64,000 bases of DNA from NCBI RefSeq assembly GCF_963921235.1, contig NC_086097.1, positions 183,708,001-183,772,000 of the forward strand, read 5' to 3'. How positions within the stretch are numbered: the first letter of the stretch is position 1; every line of letters starts with the position of its first letter. Shown piece by piece: positions 10,516 to 22,772 of the stretch. Origin of the DNA: Mobula hypostoma. Its lineage: Eukaryota. Both the position numbers and the translations under genes were made by a program. The notes below the pieces were generated by a model, which was given only the letters and a program-made list of their open reading frames with translations, was not told where the DNA came from and made no database searches.

Positions 10516-13500
10516 TGCTGTGTTATATAACTCCAGAAACTAATTGAAAGAAAAACACAAGAGCCCGGGAAGTGTGTGTCCTTAATTTCTTCTTTAGTGA
10601 GACGTTCACATATGATGTGGTGGTGTAATGGTGTATACCATCCACGTAATGTGTTTCTTAAACATAACCCGTAATGAAGTATGTAAACAACAAATTGCTT
10701 CCATATACACACAGTATACTATATAGTACAACTACTATACAGACATACGCAGCATTGTAAATTCTAAATGGTCTCATTTAGGCCCAAAGATTTAATTGCT
10801 GTGGAGGATTTCTTACTTTTGCGGGACAGCATCTTTCCTGATGGGGTGGAGGGGGTTGTTTTGGGTGGGTGCTCACTCAGCGTGGCAGGTGAGACTTGTG
10901 GCTGTGAATCAATCTCAGGTTCTGCAGCTTCCTCTGTGTTAGTTGTAGGGGATAACTTCGGGACTGCAGGAGGTGGTTCTGACAGCTCTGGAGCAGACTC
11001 TCGATACTTCTCTTTTGGAAGGGTTGGAATACCAAACAGTGTACAGCAAGCTGCTGGATCTGCTAATCTATCCCAGGCCACCAGACAAAGCTATGGGCCA
11101 GCACTTTCATTTTCACCAGACCTAGATGACCGGCATTCAGCTCCTCCAACACTTTTGCTCTCAGCTTCGATTGTATAAGAACTTTCAATCCCACATAAGG
11201 CAGCCCCTGTCAGGGGCAAGTTCATATCCATGCTGGTAAACATGGGGTGACTGGAATTTCTGCTGCTCATACCAGGCATTTTATTTTGAGTTGTATGTAG
11301 ATCTGAGACGCAAGGTGAAGCATCACATGCAAGCTTCCGGTTTCTCTTTGGATAATCTCTGCCGTTTTTCTACTTTTGATTTACATTAGAGAGAATGTAT
11401 CAAAAGGAGTGTCCTCTTTTGTAATCTTTTTCAGATATTTCCTTTTCCAAGGATAAACAGGACAATCCATCAATCCATCAACATTTCCATGATTACTTAC
11501 CCTCTTGAATTCGATTTTGTAATTGTGTTCTCCAAGAAACAGAGCCCATCTCTGTATTCGTGCTGCTGCTGTCAGTGGAACACCCGTCTGTGGATAGACA
11601 ATGGACACTGCTTGTTGATGATCAGTAACTCTCTCCCATATTGGTTGGAATATCTTACACACCAAACCAGACTCAAGGCCTGTCTATCAATCTGTTTGTA
11701 CTTTTTCTCCACAGTGGCAAAGGAATGAGATGTAAAGGATGTGGGCATTCAGCTCCATCACTCAGAACGTGGGACATGACTGCATCTGTACTATAAGATG
11801 AAGTGTCACAAGCAAGCTTTACTGGATGGTGTGGATCATAATGTGTGAGTACGGTGTCTGACATCACTATTCCCTTGCCTTTTGGAAAGTCACCTCACAC
11901 TGTTTAGTCCATTGCCATTTCTTGCCAATCTGTAGCAATGAGTTCAAGGATGGAGCACAGTAGCCAGGTTGGGCAAGAACCTGTTATCGTAATTGACAAA
12001 TCCTTCTTAGCCACTGGGACCACTGGCATTGCCCATGGGCTCCACTCAGTCAGGGAAAGAATTCCTTCAACCTCCATGTGATTTACCTCACTAGCTATTT
12101 TATCACGGATGGTAGAAGGAACCAGATGGGCTTTTTAAAACTTGAGTATGGTATTTACATTTAACACTATTTTTACCTTTGATATGTTTGAGTTTTCTAA
12201 TGCTATCCTTGAACACTGCTGTAGCATCATCCAGTACCTTTTTAATTCACTTTCAGTTAACTCTATTACAAATGGTGAATGGATATCCAATCAAGTTGCA
12301 GTTTTCTCAGCCAATCACAGCCCCCGAATGCTGGCCCTTCTGTTTTTACCACAAGCAAGCCTAAAGTGGCTTGTTGGTTGTTTAATTTTGCTCTACAAAT
12401 GTCATTCTCACAGGAATGATCTTTTCTCCAGTATAAGATCTTAGTTGGATTCCTGCTGGCTTCAGTTCAGTATCCCTGAAGTGCCATTTAGACTCAATTT
12501 GTGGAATGACTGAAATAGCCAAGACAGAGTCCAATTCCATTTTAATTAACTTGCCGTTCACTTCTGGCATAAATCATGTTGCATGTCTCCTGTTAGCTTT
12601 CACACTGGAAATCAAGGCTACTCAGTCCAACATCACTCCCATCATCATCAGATTTTTCATCAACAGCATGTGGATTAGTGCTCTTTTTTGAAACTGCAAT
12701 TCGACTTTTTATCTTTATCTTTTCCCTGTGCGGTCCATTTATTTTTGTCTGCCCAACGTGTTCTTTGTTTGTGTCCTACTTTGTTATACTCTCTGCAAGT
12801 TTTGCCTTTAAATTTACATTGGTCTGGTGTAAGTGAGCCCTGTCACAAAGGTAATACCATTTACTCAGCTAGGCAGGTTTCTGTTTAGATGTTGCAATTT
12901 TGTTCACACTCACTTTCATTCCTGACTGCAACTCATTTGTGTCTTTAGCTGCTGTCTCCATTGATACAATTTCAATTGCTCTTTAAATGTAAGATGTGCT
13001 TCAGTTAGGAGCTGGATTTGAATGCTTTCTTGTAAGATTCCAAAAACTAAACAATCTCTCAGTACATCTTGTGGTGAGGACCTACAAGTAACTGGGAGTG
13101 CACCCAGGTGACAGACAAGTGGAGCACCAACACAGAAACTGTGTACAAGAAGGGCCAGAGTCACTTCTACTTACTGAGGAGACTGAAGTCCTTTGGAGTA
13201 TGCAGGCCTCTCCTTTACATGTACTACCAGTCTGTTGTCGCCAGTACAATCTTCTATGTGGTGGTGTGCTGGGGCAATGGCATTAACATGAATGATGCCA
13301 ACAGACTCCATAAACTGATTAGAAAAGCTGGTTCCATTATAAGAGTCAAACTGGACACACTGGAGGCTTCGGTAGAACAAAGAACCCTATGGAAAATCCT
13401 GGTAATTCTGGACAATGTTTCTCACCCTTGGCACGCCACCTTTGTTGGACAGAGGAGCATGCTCAGAACTAGACTGTGGTGCTCAAAAGAGCACTATATG

Positions 13501-14514
13501 AGGTAAATCTTATCCTCAGCTGTATAATGAGTCAACCTATAGCTGGAGAAGTGACGACACCCTCCCTCCTGTTAGACTGTTTAGGGTAACTTATGTTTTA
13601 TTTATTCTTCTTACTTCTCTTCTAGTATTGTATATCTGTGAATTTGAAATGCTACTATAGCACTGTAATTTCCCTTGGGATCAGTAAAGTATCTATCCAA
13701 TTCAGCCACATATGCTGAAATTGACTCTCCTTCCTTTTGATTCCACTTATGAAACCTAAAGCTTTCTGCAATCGACAATGGTTTAGGTTCTAAATGTTCA
13801 CAATATCAGCATTGCATTCACGGTATCAGCACAGATCATTTTAGCTGGTTTGGTTAAAGCAGTTAAACTTCTAAGCAAACTGTATACTTTTCCACCTGTT
13901 GCACTCAGTAACACTGGCATTCAATTTTCATTGGCAATCTCATTTGCTTCAAAATACTGCTCAATTCATTTAGTATGCATTATCCTGTTATCTATTGTGC
14001 AATCGATCACTTCTGTCTTACCGATGTAGCCAGCTATTTCTTCTTCATTTAAATTTATGATTATTATCACCAGGTATTCATTGTTTATGAACCAATGGCT
14101 TTCATCAGTTTTCTGCATTTTTTAAAACTCTTCCATCTTTGTCCCCTTCTGAATAAACATGGTGCACATCTTTAAAACTCTAGTGTCTCTCTCCCCTTTC
14201 AAAGAAAAATACGTGCTGCACTTCAACATGTAGGTGATCATCTCGGGTTCAGTTTCAAACTTCTTTGTCACAGCTGTTATGTTTTGTAACTCTAGGAACT
14301 ATCACAGGAAAAACACAGAAGCCTGGAATGCATGTGTACTTAGTTTCTTCTTTAGAGAGGTGCTCACATATGACTAGGTGTCATACTGACATATGGCATT
14401 CATGTACTTCCTACATATAACTCAGAATGAATTGGGTAAACAACAAAGAATGCTTAATCAAACAATACATTTAAAATATTACTCAAATGTTACTGAAATA
14501 TAAAATACACTAAA
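10516..14514 (-). mobile_element. Decayed Mag-like Ty3/gypsy LTR retrotransposon with both ends and TSD
   Basis: 5-bp TSD ACAGC (10511-10515, 14515-14519). 5' LTR 14275-14514; truncated 3' LTR from 10516 to about 10700. gag (LRDCLVFGILQESIQ), protease (MELDSVLAISV) and RNase H (LTHYDP, LACDTS, AARIQRWALFL) remnants. Confidence 0.85.
13071..13700 (+). mobile_element. Rex1/Babar LINE 3' fragment inserted in the Mag gag gene
   Basis: KKGQSHFYLLRRLKSFGV...VASTIFYVVVCW...DNVSHP; ends TTTCCCTTGGGATCAGTAAAGTATCTATC. Confidence 0.85.
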
Positions 14515-15878
14515 ACAGCCGTCTGAGGCAATGAATTCCACAGACTCACTACCCACTGGCTCAAAAATTCCTTCTCATCTCTGTTCTAAATGGACATCTC
14601 TCTATTCTGAAGCTGTGCCCTCTAGTCCTGGACTCATCCACTATATGAAACATCTCCACATCCACTTTACCAGGGTCTTCCAATTTTTGGTAAGTTTCAA
14701 TGTGATCTCTTCTAAACTCCAGTAAATATAGGCCCAGAGCTATCAGACGCTCCTCATATGTTAACCCATTCATTCCCAAATCATTCTTGTGAAATTCCTA
14801 TGGACCCTTTCCAATGGCTGCATATCTTTTCTTAGATAAGCAGTTCAAAACACAATAGACCAAATGTGATCTAACCAATGCCTCATAAAGCCATAGCATC
14901 ATATTCTTTCTCTCATTATCTATTGATCTCGACATGAATACTAAAGTTGCATCTGGCTTCCTTATCAGTGACCCAACCTGCAAGTTAAACTTTAGGAAAC
15001 CCTGCGCAAAAACTCCCAAGTCTCATCTGCCATTTCTTTGCCCATTGTCCAAGATTTTCTTCAGACTCTTTGCTTCCTCAACACTACCTGCCCCTCCACC
15101 TACCTTTGTATTGTGTGTAAACTTGGCCACAAAGCCATCAATTCTGTCATTCAAATCATTGACGTATCACATGGAGAGAAGCAGTCCCAACACCAACTCC
15201 TGTGGAACATAATTAGTTACTGGCAACCAATCAAAATAGGTCCTTTATATTTCAATTTTTTGCATTCTTCCAGTCAGCCAGTCTTCAAAATCCATGCTAG
15301 TATGTTTCCTGTAATACCTTGGGCTCTTATCTTGTTAAGATAACATCATGTGTGTCAAAGACCTTCTGAAAATCTAAGTAAACAACATCCACTGGCTATT
15401 CTTTGTCTATTCTGCCTATTATTTCCTCAAAGAATTCCAAAAGATTTGTCAGGCAAGAGTTCCCTTAAGGAAACCATGCTGACTTTGGCCTACTTTATCA
15501 TGTGCCTCTAAATACCCTGAAGCCTCATGGTTATTAATGAACTCCAACATGTACCCAACCACTGAGGTCAGGCCTATAATTTCCATTCTTTTGCCTCCCT
15601 CTCTTCTTAAAGAGTAGAGTGACAATTGTAATTTTCCAGTCCTTAGGAGCCATTCCCTAATCTAATGATTTTTGAAAGAATCCTACTACTGCCTCTACAA
15701 TCTCTTCAGCAATCGTTTTTCAGTACCCTGGGGTGTAGTCCATCTGGTCCAGGTGACCTAACTACTTCAGACCTTTCAGCATCCCAAGCACTTTCTCATT
15801 AGTAATAACAATGACACTCACTTCTTTCCCCTGACACTCTTGACTTTCCAGCATACTGTTGTTATATTCCACAGCAAA

Positions 15879-16584
15879 GGGGCATCACTGTAGCATAGTG
15901 GTTAGCACAATGCTTTACATTACAGGCAACCTGGGTTCAATGGTTCCATTTCATATCAAAGAATGTATACAGTATACAACCTGAAATTCTAACTCTTCGC
16001 AGACATCCTCAAAAACAGAAGAGAACCCCAAAGAATGACTGACAGAAAAACATTAGAATCACAAAGCAGCCCCTCCCCATGCACAAGCAGTAGAAAATCA
16101 TTAAATATCCTCCCTCCCTCTCCCCCACTTATTTTAGCAGGAAGTGTCAGTGCCCTCCGCCCACCAAGCAAGTAATAGTAAAGCCCTCAGAAGAGAGACC
16201 ATGATCTGCAGATGAATGCAGATGAACTGTTGTTCATCTGACAATTCGACATGGCACAGGCTCTCTTTCTCACTAACAAGGGACAGAAAAATATCACCCC
16301 TTTCAACAGCAAGAGGGGAGATCAACAAAACCAACTGTCGCTGTTACTATGAGTCCTGCTGTTGCTTGTAAGGAGTTTGTACGTTCTCCCTGTGACCATG
16401 TTGGTTTCCTCCCACATTCCAAAGACATACCAGTTGGTAGGTTAATTGGTCATTGTAAATTGTCCTGTGTTTAGGCTAGGATTAATTTGGGGGCTGCTGG
16501 GCAGCATTGCTTGAAGGGCCAGAAAGGCTTATTCTTTGCTGTATCTCAATAAATAAAATAAAATAAAATAAAATAAAATAAAAT
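15879..16584 (+). mobile_element. tRNA-derived V-SINE (HE1/DANA-like core), split by a minus-strand insert at about 15941-16350
   Basis: A box TAGCATAGTGG, B box GGGTTCAA; V-domain-like GGAGTTTGTACGTTCTCCCTGTG...GGTTTCCTCCCACATTCCAAAGAC; (TAAAA)n tail. Confidence 0.75.
15941..16350 (-). mobile_element. Non-autonomous element with Rex1-type tail
   Basis: Reverse complement ends in a tail similar to those at 33760-33825 and 5960-6020. Confidence 0.55.
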
Positions 16585-19500
16585 ACTTATTAAGTTCATC
16601 CACCATACTTTTGCCCCCCATTTCTCTCTCCCCGGCATTATTTTCTATTCTCACCTCTCTTTTACTCTTTATATATCTGAAAAACATTTTTGGCATTATC
16701 TTTATTATTATTATTGGCTAGCTTACCTTCACTCTCCTTATTGCCAGATATAGTCATCAGGGAGATCGTTAGTTACCCTGAAATCCCACCTCATGGGAGG
16801 ATCATTCCACTGCCTGAACTGCCATCCTGCCTACACTTGTTTTACCTCTAACTCACCAAACTTAAATTCTAACCTGCACCTGTTCTTGCCCAAGTCTGTC
16901 GAGCCAGAGCCTGACCGTTCCAATAATGGCGGTCCACTCAAACCTTTTTGTTGGCTCTTGCCAAGTTACTACTAACCCAAACAATCTCCTGGCGCACAGA
17001 TAAGTCCTGACAGGACCCGCACACTTTTAAAAATTGGCGCGTAATGTCCATAAGGAACTGTCTCCAACTCACTTCGTAATCTCCTACTCAGCAGACAAGT
17101 TCCGACAGGCCCCAATCTCTCTTTAAAATAGTATGGTCTTAAAATAGTATACAAGCTAGCATAGACAGCAGTGAAATAATTGTACTTGTCTGCAATTCAA
17201 GGACATTTAGTTGACCTGATAAACTGATTTATTAAGATAGGAGAAGCTATAAAATCTGGTGTACAACTGTGTCTCCATTTAAAATAGACATAGAGACTAT
17301 TGCTTAAGAGAACTATTGATTGAAAACCATGTGGTGTACAATTCATCTAGATAAAGTTAAACGCTGCCTGTTGAGCCATGATGGGTACCAGCAAACCACC
17401 AAAATAATGTGCATGAGGACAAGCCCAGTCCTGGGTTGCCATGTAGCTTTTCAATCTGACAAGCAGGCTGAACTCTGAAGTGGCTGGCATTCCTGCGGGT
17501 AATGATGCCCACCTTCCCACTAAGGTTCTATGCCTTCCTGAATTTCATGGCAGCATGGAAGATGGGAAGAAGCCAGAGGCCAGATATCAATGCACTCCAC
17601 TATGGAGTTCACTGGTGGGTCTGGTTCATACTGAGCCCATGGGTCATATGAACTTTGATGGCAAGGGTAGAGGCAACATCTCCATTTGAATGGTTCACTC
17701 GCCTTCACTAAAAAAGTACATTCAGATAAAGGATCTTTTTTCTTTTATTTCACTTTATCAAGTATATTTAAAAGCCTTTGACGGCAGAGTGACTCAATAA
17801 GTGGAGCAACAGGGTCCTCTGCTTGAAGCCCAGTTGCCACGTGTAGCTCACTCTGCCATTTGGAAGAGTTATAGAGTGAAGATATTAAATACAATGGATC
17901 CCACAGATCTGCAATAAGGAAGTGTGACTGCAGGGATTGTGTCAGGTGGTAAATATGATCCTGTCTATTGGCTTCTTCAAAACAAAACTTTTACTCCCGA
18001 TCTTGGTCTGTATAATTTTGTTTTAATAAAACATAGAACATAGAATGTTACAACCCAGTACAAGCCCTTCAGCCACAATGTTGTGCTGACCTTTTACCCT
18101 ACTCTGAGATCGATCTAACCCTTCCATCCTGCATAACCCTCTATTTTATAAAACACAGAAAAGCAGACTAGAGAATGCGAGCGTCGATTCCGCTGCCTCT
18201 CGCATGCAAAGCTAGCACATTGCCATCTCAAACTGATGAAGATTATACCATGATATTCATTAGTTTGAGATGCCAGAGCAAAATAATGTTGCAAAAAGTA
18301 ATACCGTATTATTTTTCACTACAGCAATTATTTGATAATTTACAGTTCTATGAAAGTCAGCTGAAGAGAGCATTGTTAAATTTTCCATCATTTCCAATTT
18401 TATCCTGTCATAATAATGTGAGCCCATCATGTTTATACTATAGTGACAGGACATGCAAACAGCAGGCCTGGGATCATGAGCATCAATACAGTTTTCCATT
18501 GTGACACTAACTTCAAATTTCCTTTTATGTTCTGATGTGACCATTCACTTAGTTGTGTCAATTAACAGAGCACACAGTCTCCTGTAGTTTCATAGTCCTG
18601 TCACTTCAGGGTTTTGATAGAACAGGATTCAATTTGTATCAAGCAATGCAATAAAGGTCTGTGCAAGAATGATAAATGTCTTTGCCTATGATTCACTATC
18701 AAAATCCTTCTCATCTTTTCTTTCAAAGAGTAATGTAACTACAGATAGGATTGGGAGTATAAAGCATAACAGCAGCTAGTTTGCACTTTAATATACTTTT
18801 CTTTGCCTATATCCTTACTAGAGCAGGTCTGTGTGGTAATTACCTTTGATGGAATGTGGCAGATCAACATCACCTGTGACATTTGCTTTTAGGGAAATGA
18901 TTTCTGTAGCTGCCAGTGCACTGAGTGAAATGCCAAAATGTCATCACAGACAGCACTCCCTAATATTGTTGTATTAGAGATGAGTTCTTGGTCTCCATCC
19001 AAGAGTTTATAATATTTCCACTACACATTTTATCACACATCCCCCACTGTCACTGAAATCTTCCTAGCTGGCAGGTTTAGAGTTGACCATCATTAATCTT
19101 AACTGTGCTGCAGCAGTAGGGTGACAGATGATTTATCACATTCACTGTTGTGCAGGACCCAGGTGAATAGCTCTCAGCTGTACTTACTGCATTCGGTTAC
19201 ATTACCATCATTGACCCATCTTACTGTGTGGCCATTTACGTTTATTTTATTGGAATTTTTTTCTAGCTGTTAAACAATTTATGATAATTTAACAGTGTTG
19301 TTTAATGCTGCTTTCTAAAAGATAATGATGAACACATTGTTTTAATCATTTCACCATTCAGGCCCAGTTGGCAAGGTTGAATATAGGTAGACTTTGGGGA
19401 AGTTAGTTAACATACACAGTGATGGCATCCCTCTTCAGTGTTAGAGAAGTATGTTTTTAATGTTTGGTGAGGAACGTTCATGTATAGAGCCAGTTTACAG

Positions 19501-19707
19501 GTTTATAATAATTACTTCATGAGTCTTTTGGCACCAATTTCAAATTCAAAGCAGGGATTCACTATTTGACTTAGTCACAGAACTGAGGGAACAAGTAAAA
19601 CCATGTCTGGTGTTTGTGAGCTGCCCAGGAAAAAAAAGTACTCTAACCTGTTGTAATGCAAACATTACCAGTAATGAGTATCTGGTACATTGATAGAATG
19701 TAATCTA

Positions 19708-19922
19708 CAATAACACACACAAAATGCTGGAGGATTTCAGCAGGTCAGGCAGCATCGGTGGGGAGGAATAAAGAGTCAATGTTTTGGGCCGACACACTTC
19801 ATCACTCGACCCGAAAAGTTCACTCTCTATTCATTGTCTTAGATGCAACTGATCTGCTGAGTTCCTCCTGCATTTTGAGTGTGTTATTCTGGATTTTCAA
19901 AATCTACAGGATCTCTCATGTT
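19708..19922. mobile_element. Fold-back mini-element from Penelope terminus
   Basis: Inverted arms ACACACAAAATGCTGGAGG...CCTCCTGCATTTTGAGTGTGT; TSD AATGTAATCTA (19697-19707, 19923-19933). Confidence 0.8.
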
Positions 19923-20160
19923 AATGTAATCTAAAGCTTTGTTTTCTTCCTTTCCATATGTAAACACTTCCCTCTCAAATGGTAAATGTTGTACTGGCAG
20001 AAGGTTGAGGACATTTAGAAGGCGAAATTACTGTTTATATGTGATATTTTACACAGGTTGAGTGCAAAAGGTGCTGCAACTACACCTGCTTGTGAGGCCA
20101 CAAAGTGGCAGTTCTTGACCAGTATTTTAGCTCCTTGGTGCCCAGGTGAAGGCAGCAAGC

Positions 20161-20274
20161 CCAGGAGGTGACCCATGAACTTATGTATTCGTCCAAACAC
20201 CTGACTAATCACGTTGTCCAGGAGGTGACCCATGAACTTATGTATTCGTCCAAACACCTGACTAATCACGTTGT
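20161..20274 (+). repeat. Perfect 57-bp tandem duplication
   Basis: 20161-20217 is identical to 20218-20274. Confidence 0.95.
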
Positions 20275-22680
20275 CAAGTTTGCTGATGACATGACGGTGG
20301 TGGGGCTCATCACGACAACAAAGAGATGCCCTGCGTAGAATTATAGAACACTACTGCACAGAAACAGGCTATTCAGCCCACCTAGTTTGTGCTGAACCAT
20401 TAATCTGTCTAGTCCCATCAACCTACGCCTGGACCAAATGCTTCCATATCCCTCTCATTCATGAACCTATTCAATTTTTCTTTCAAATATTGAAATTGAC
20501 TCTGCATCTAACACTTGACCTAACAGCTCGTTCCACACTTTCACACCCTCTGAGTGAATAAGTTCCTCCTCATGTTCCCTTTTAACATTTCACCTTTCAC
20601 CTTTAACCCATGACCTTAATTGTAGACTCACTGAACCTCAGTGGACAAAGCCTTTTATGCATTTATCCCTCATAATTTTGTATACCTCTATCAAATCTTC
20701 CCTCGATCTTCTAAGTTCCAGGGAATAATGTCCTAACTTATTCACCCTTTCCCTATAACTCAAGTCCTGGCATCATCCTTGTAAATTTTCTCTGCACTCT
20801 TTCAACCTTATTTTCATCTTTCCTGTAGGCCGGTGATCGAAACTTCACGCAATACTCAGAATTAGGCTGCACCAAAGTCTGATACAATTTCAACATAACA
20901 TCCCAATTCCTGTACTCAGTACATTTATTTATGAATGCCAATGTATCAAAAACTTCCTTTATAACCCTATCTACTTTTGATCCCACTTTCAAGGAATTAT
21001 GGATTATGGATGTGTATTCCCAAATCCCTCAGTTCTATCACACTCCACAATGTGCTACCAGTCACTCTGTAAGACCTACGCTAACCTGGTTCGTTCTCCC
21101 AAAGTGCAATACCTCACACTTGTCAACATGGAATACCATCTCCCATTTTTCATCTCATCTTCCTAGCCAGTCCAGATTCTGCAACAGGCTTTGGTAGTCT
21201 TCTTTACTATCTACTACACCCCTGAACTTGGTATCTTTCACAAAGCTACTGATCCAGTTTACCACATTATCATCCAAATCATTGAAATAGATGACAATCG
21301 ATAGAACCAGCACCGATCCCTGTGGCACATCACTAGTCACCGACCTCCAGTTAGAGAGGCAACCATCTACAACCAATCTCTGGCTTCATCCATAAAGCCA
21401 ATGTCAAATCCACTTACTATTTCATCTTGAATGTCATGTGATTGAAACTCCTTGAATAACCTCCCATGTGGAACCTTGTCAAATACCTTATTAAAGTCCA
21501 ACATCCACAGCCTTGCCTTCACCATCTCTCCTGGAAACTTTCTTAAAAAACTCTATAGTATTGCTCAGATGTGACTTACCGTGCACAAAGCTATGTTGAC
21601 TATCCCTAATCAGTCCCTATCTATCCAAATACTTATATATCCTGTCCCTTAGAATACCTTCCAATAACTTTCCCACTACTGATGTCAGGCTCACTGGTCT
21701 ATAATTTCTGAGCTTAATTTTATAGTCTTTCTTAAACAATGGGATAACATTAGCTATTCTCTAATCCTCTGGTAACTTCCCTGTGGTTCAGGATGTTTTA
21801 AATATCTCCATTAGGGACCCTGCAATTTTGTGCACTAGCCTCTTACAGGGCCTAACAAAACACCTAATCAGGCCCTAGGGAGTTATCTGCCCTAATTTAT
21901 CTCAAGACAGCAAACACCTCCTCCTCTGTAATGGTATAAGGTCCATGATGGTTATCAACTTCAGCAGAACTCACACCATTCACACCCTTCTTTACATTAG
22001 CACAGCAGTGTAAACTGTGAGCACTTTCAAACATCTTGCACAACCCCTTATTGTCCTAGAATACATTATACACAATCAGGAAAGCTCACCAACACGTCTG
22101 CTTTCTGAGGAGGCTGTAGAGAGCTGGACTTTGCACATCTATGCTCATGTTAATCTCCAGCTGTGCAGTAGAGAGCATTCTCACGCTGCATCACCGCATG
22201 ACACAGAAACTGCACTGCAGCAGACAGGAGGGGTCTACAAAACTGCCCAATGCATCACTGGCACCAGCCTACCTGCCATCAAGGATATAAGTATGTATAA
22301 AGGTACCAGAGAAGGGCCAGGAACATCATAAAGGATCCCAACCACCCTGCTCATGGACTCTTTGTCTCCCTCCCATCAGCAAGGAGGCTACATTGCATTC
22401 ACTCCAGAACCACCAGCCTCAAACACAGTTACCTTCCCCAAGCAGGAAGGCTTATCAACACCTTTATGCACTGTGTCATTTATGTACGGGTACTCCAGTG
22501 CCTAGCATTACCTTATGAAATTACAATCAATCCAGATATATATAAGCTGTCATTTGGATCTCTATATATTGCTTACTTCATTATTGTGTTCTTTATTTTG
22601 TTGCATACTTTGCGCTGCAAAAACGTCTTCCCCTTTACAATCGTGTGCTGGAAATGACATTAAGCAATCTTGAATCTTGA
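20230..22680 (+). mobile_element. Rex1/Babar RT fragment split by a CR1 insertion
   Basis: NHVVKFADDMTVVGLI at about 20262-20312; resumes near 21950 (KTAQCITGTSLPAIKDI); TTGAATCTTGA tail at about 22680. Confidence 0.7.
20335..21948 (-). mobile_element. Decayed CR1 ORF2 3' half
   Basis: VPQGSVL and KVERVQRKFTRMMPG; CR1 3' UTR at the left end. Confidence 0.85.
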
Positions 22681-22772
22681 CTGGATATTTCATGAACCGC
22701 CATGGGATTTTTCTCACCTTTACTCAGTACAGAGATAAACACTCTGTCAAAGTGCAGCATTTAGTATATAAA

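Larger units (their letters stand above)
10330..17160 (-). mobile_element. Long decayed CR1 (3' tail at left, ORF1 N-terminus/5' UTR at right) hosting nested insertions
   Basis: CR1 3' UTR at 10330-10515 resumes seamlessly at 14515. ORF2 remnants run to about 15878 and 16585-16740. Cys-rich ORF1-start-like sequence near 16750-16830. Confidence 0.7.

Noticed and set aside
10764..11178. Overlapping 105/136-aa ORFs
   Set aside because: Low-complexity C-terminal tail of the Mag pol gene and its antisense.
17783..17858. 10-bp inverted repeat GGCAGAGTGA/TCACTCTGCC
   Set aside because: Short arms with a long spacer; could arise by chance, no TSD or family support.
20050..20172. Possible host exon after TTTTACACAG acceptor
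   Set aside because: Translations are unrecognisable and hit stops; no supporting neighbouring exons.
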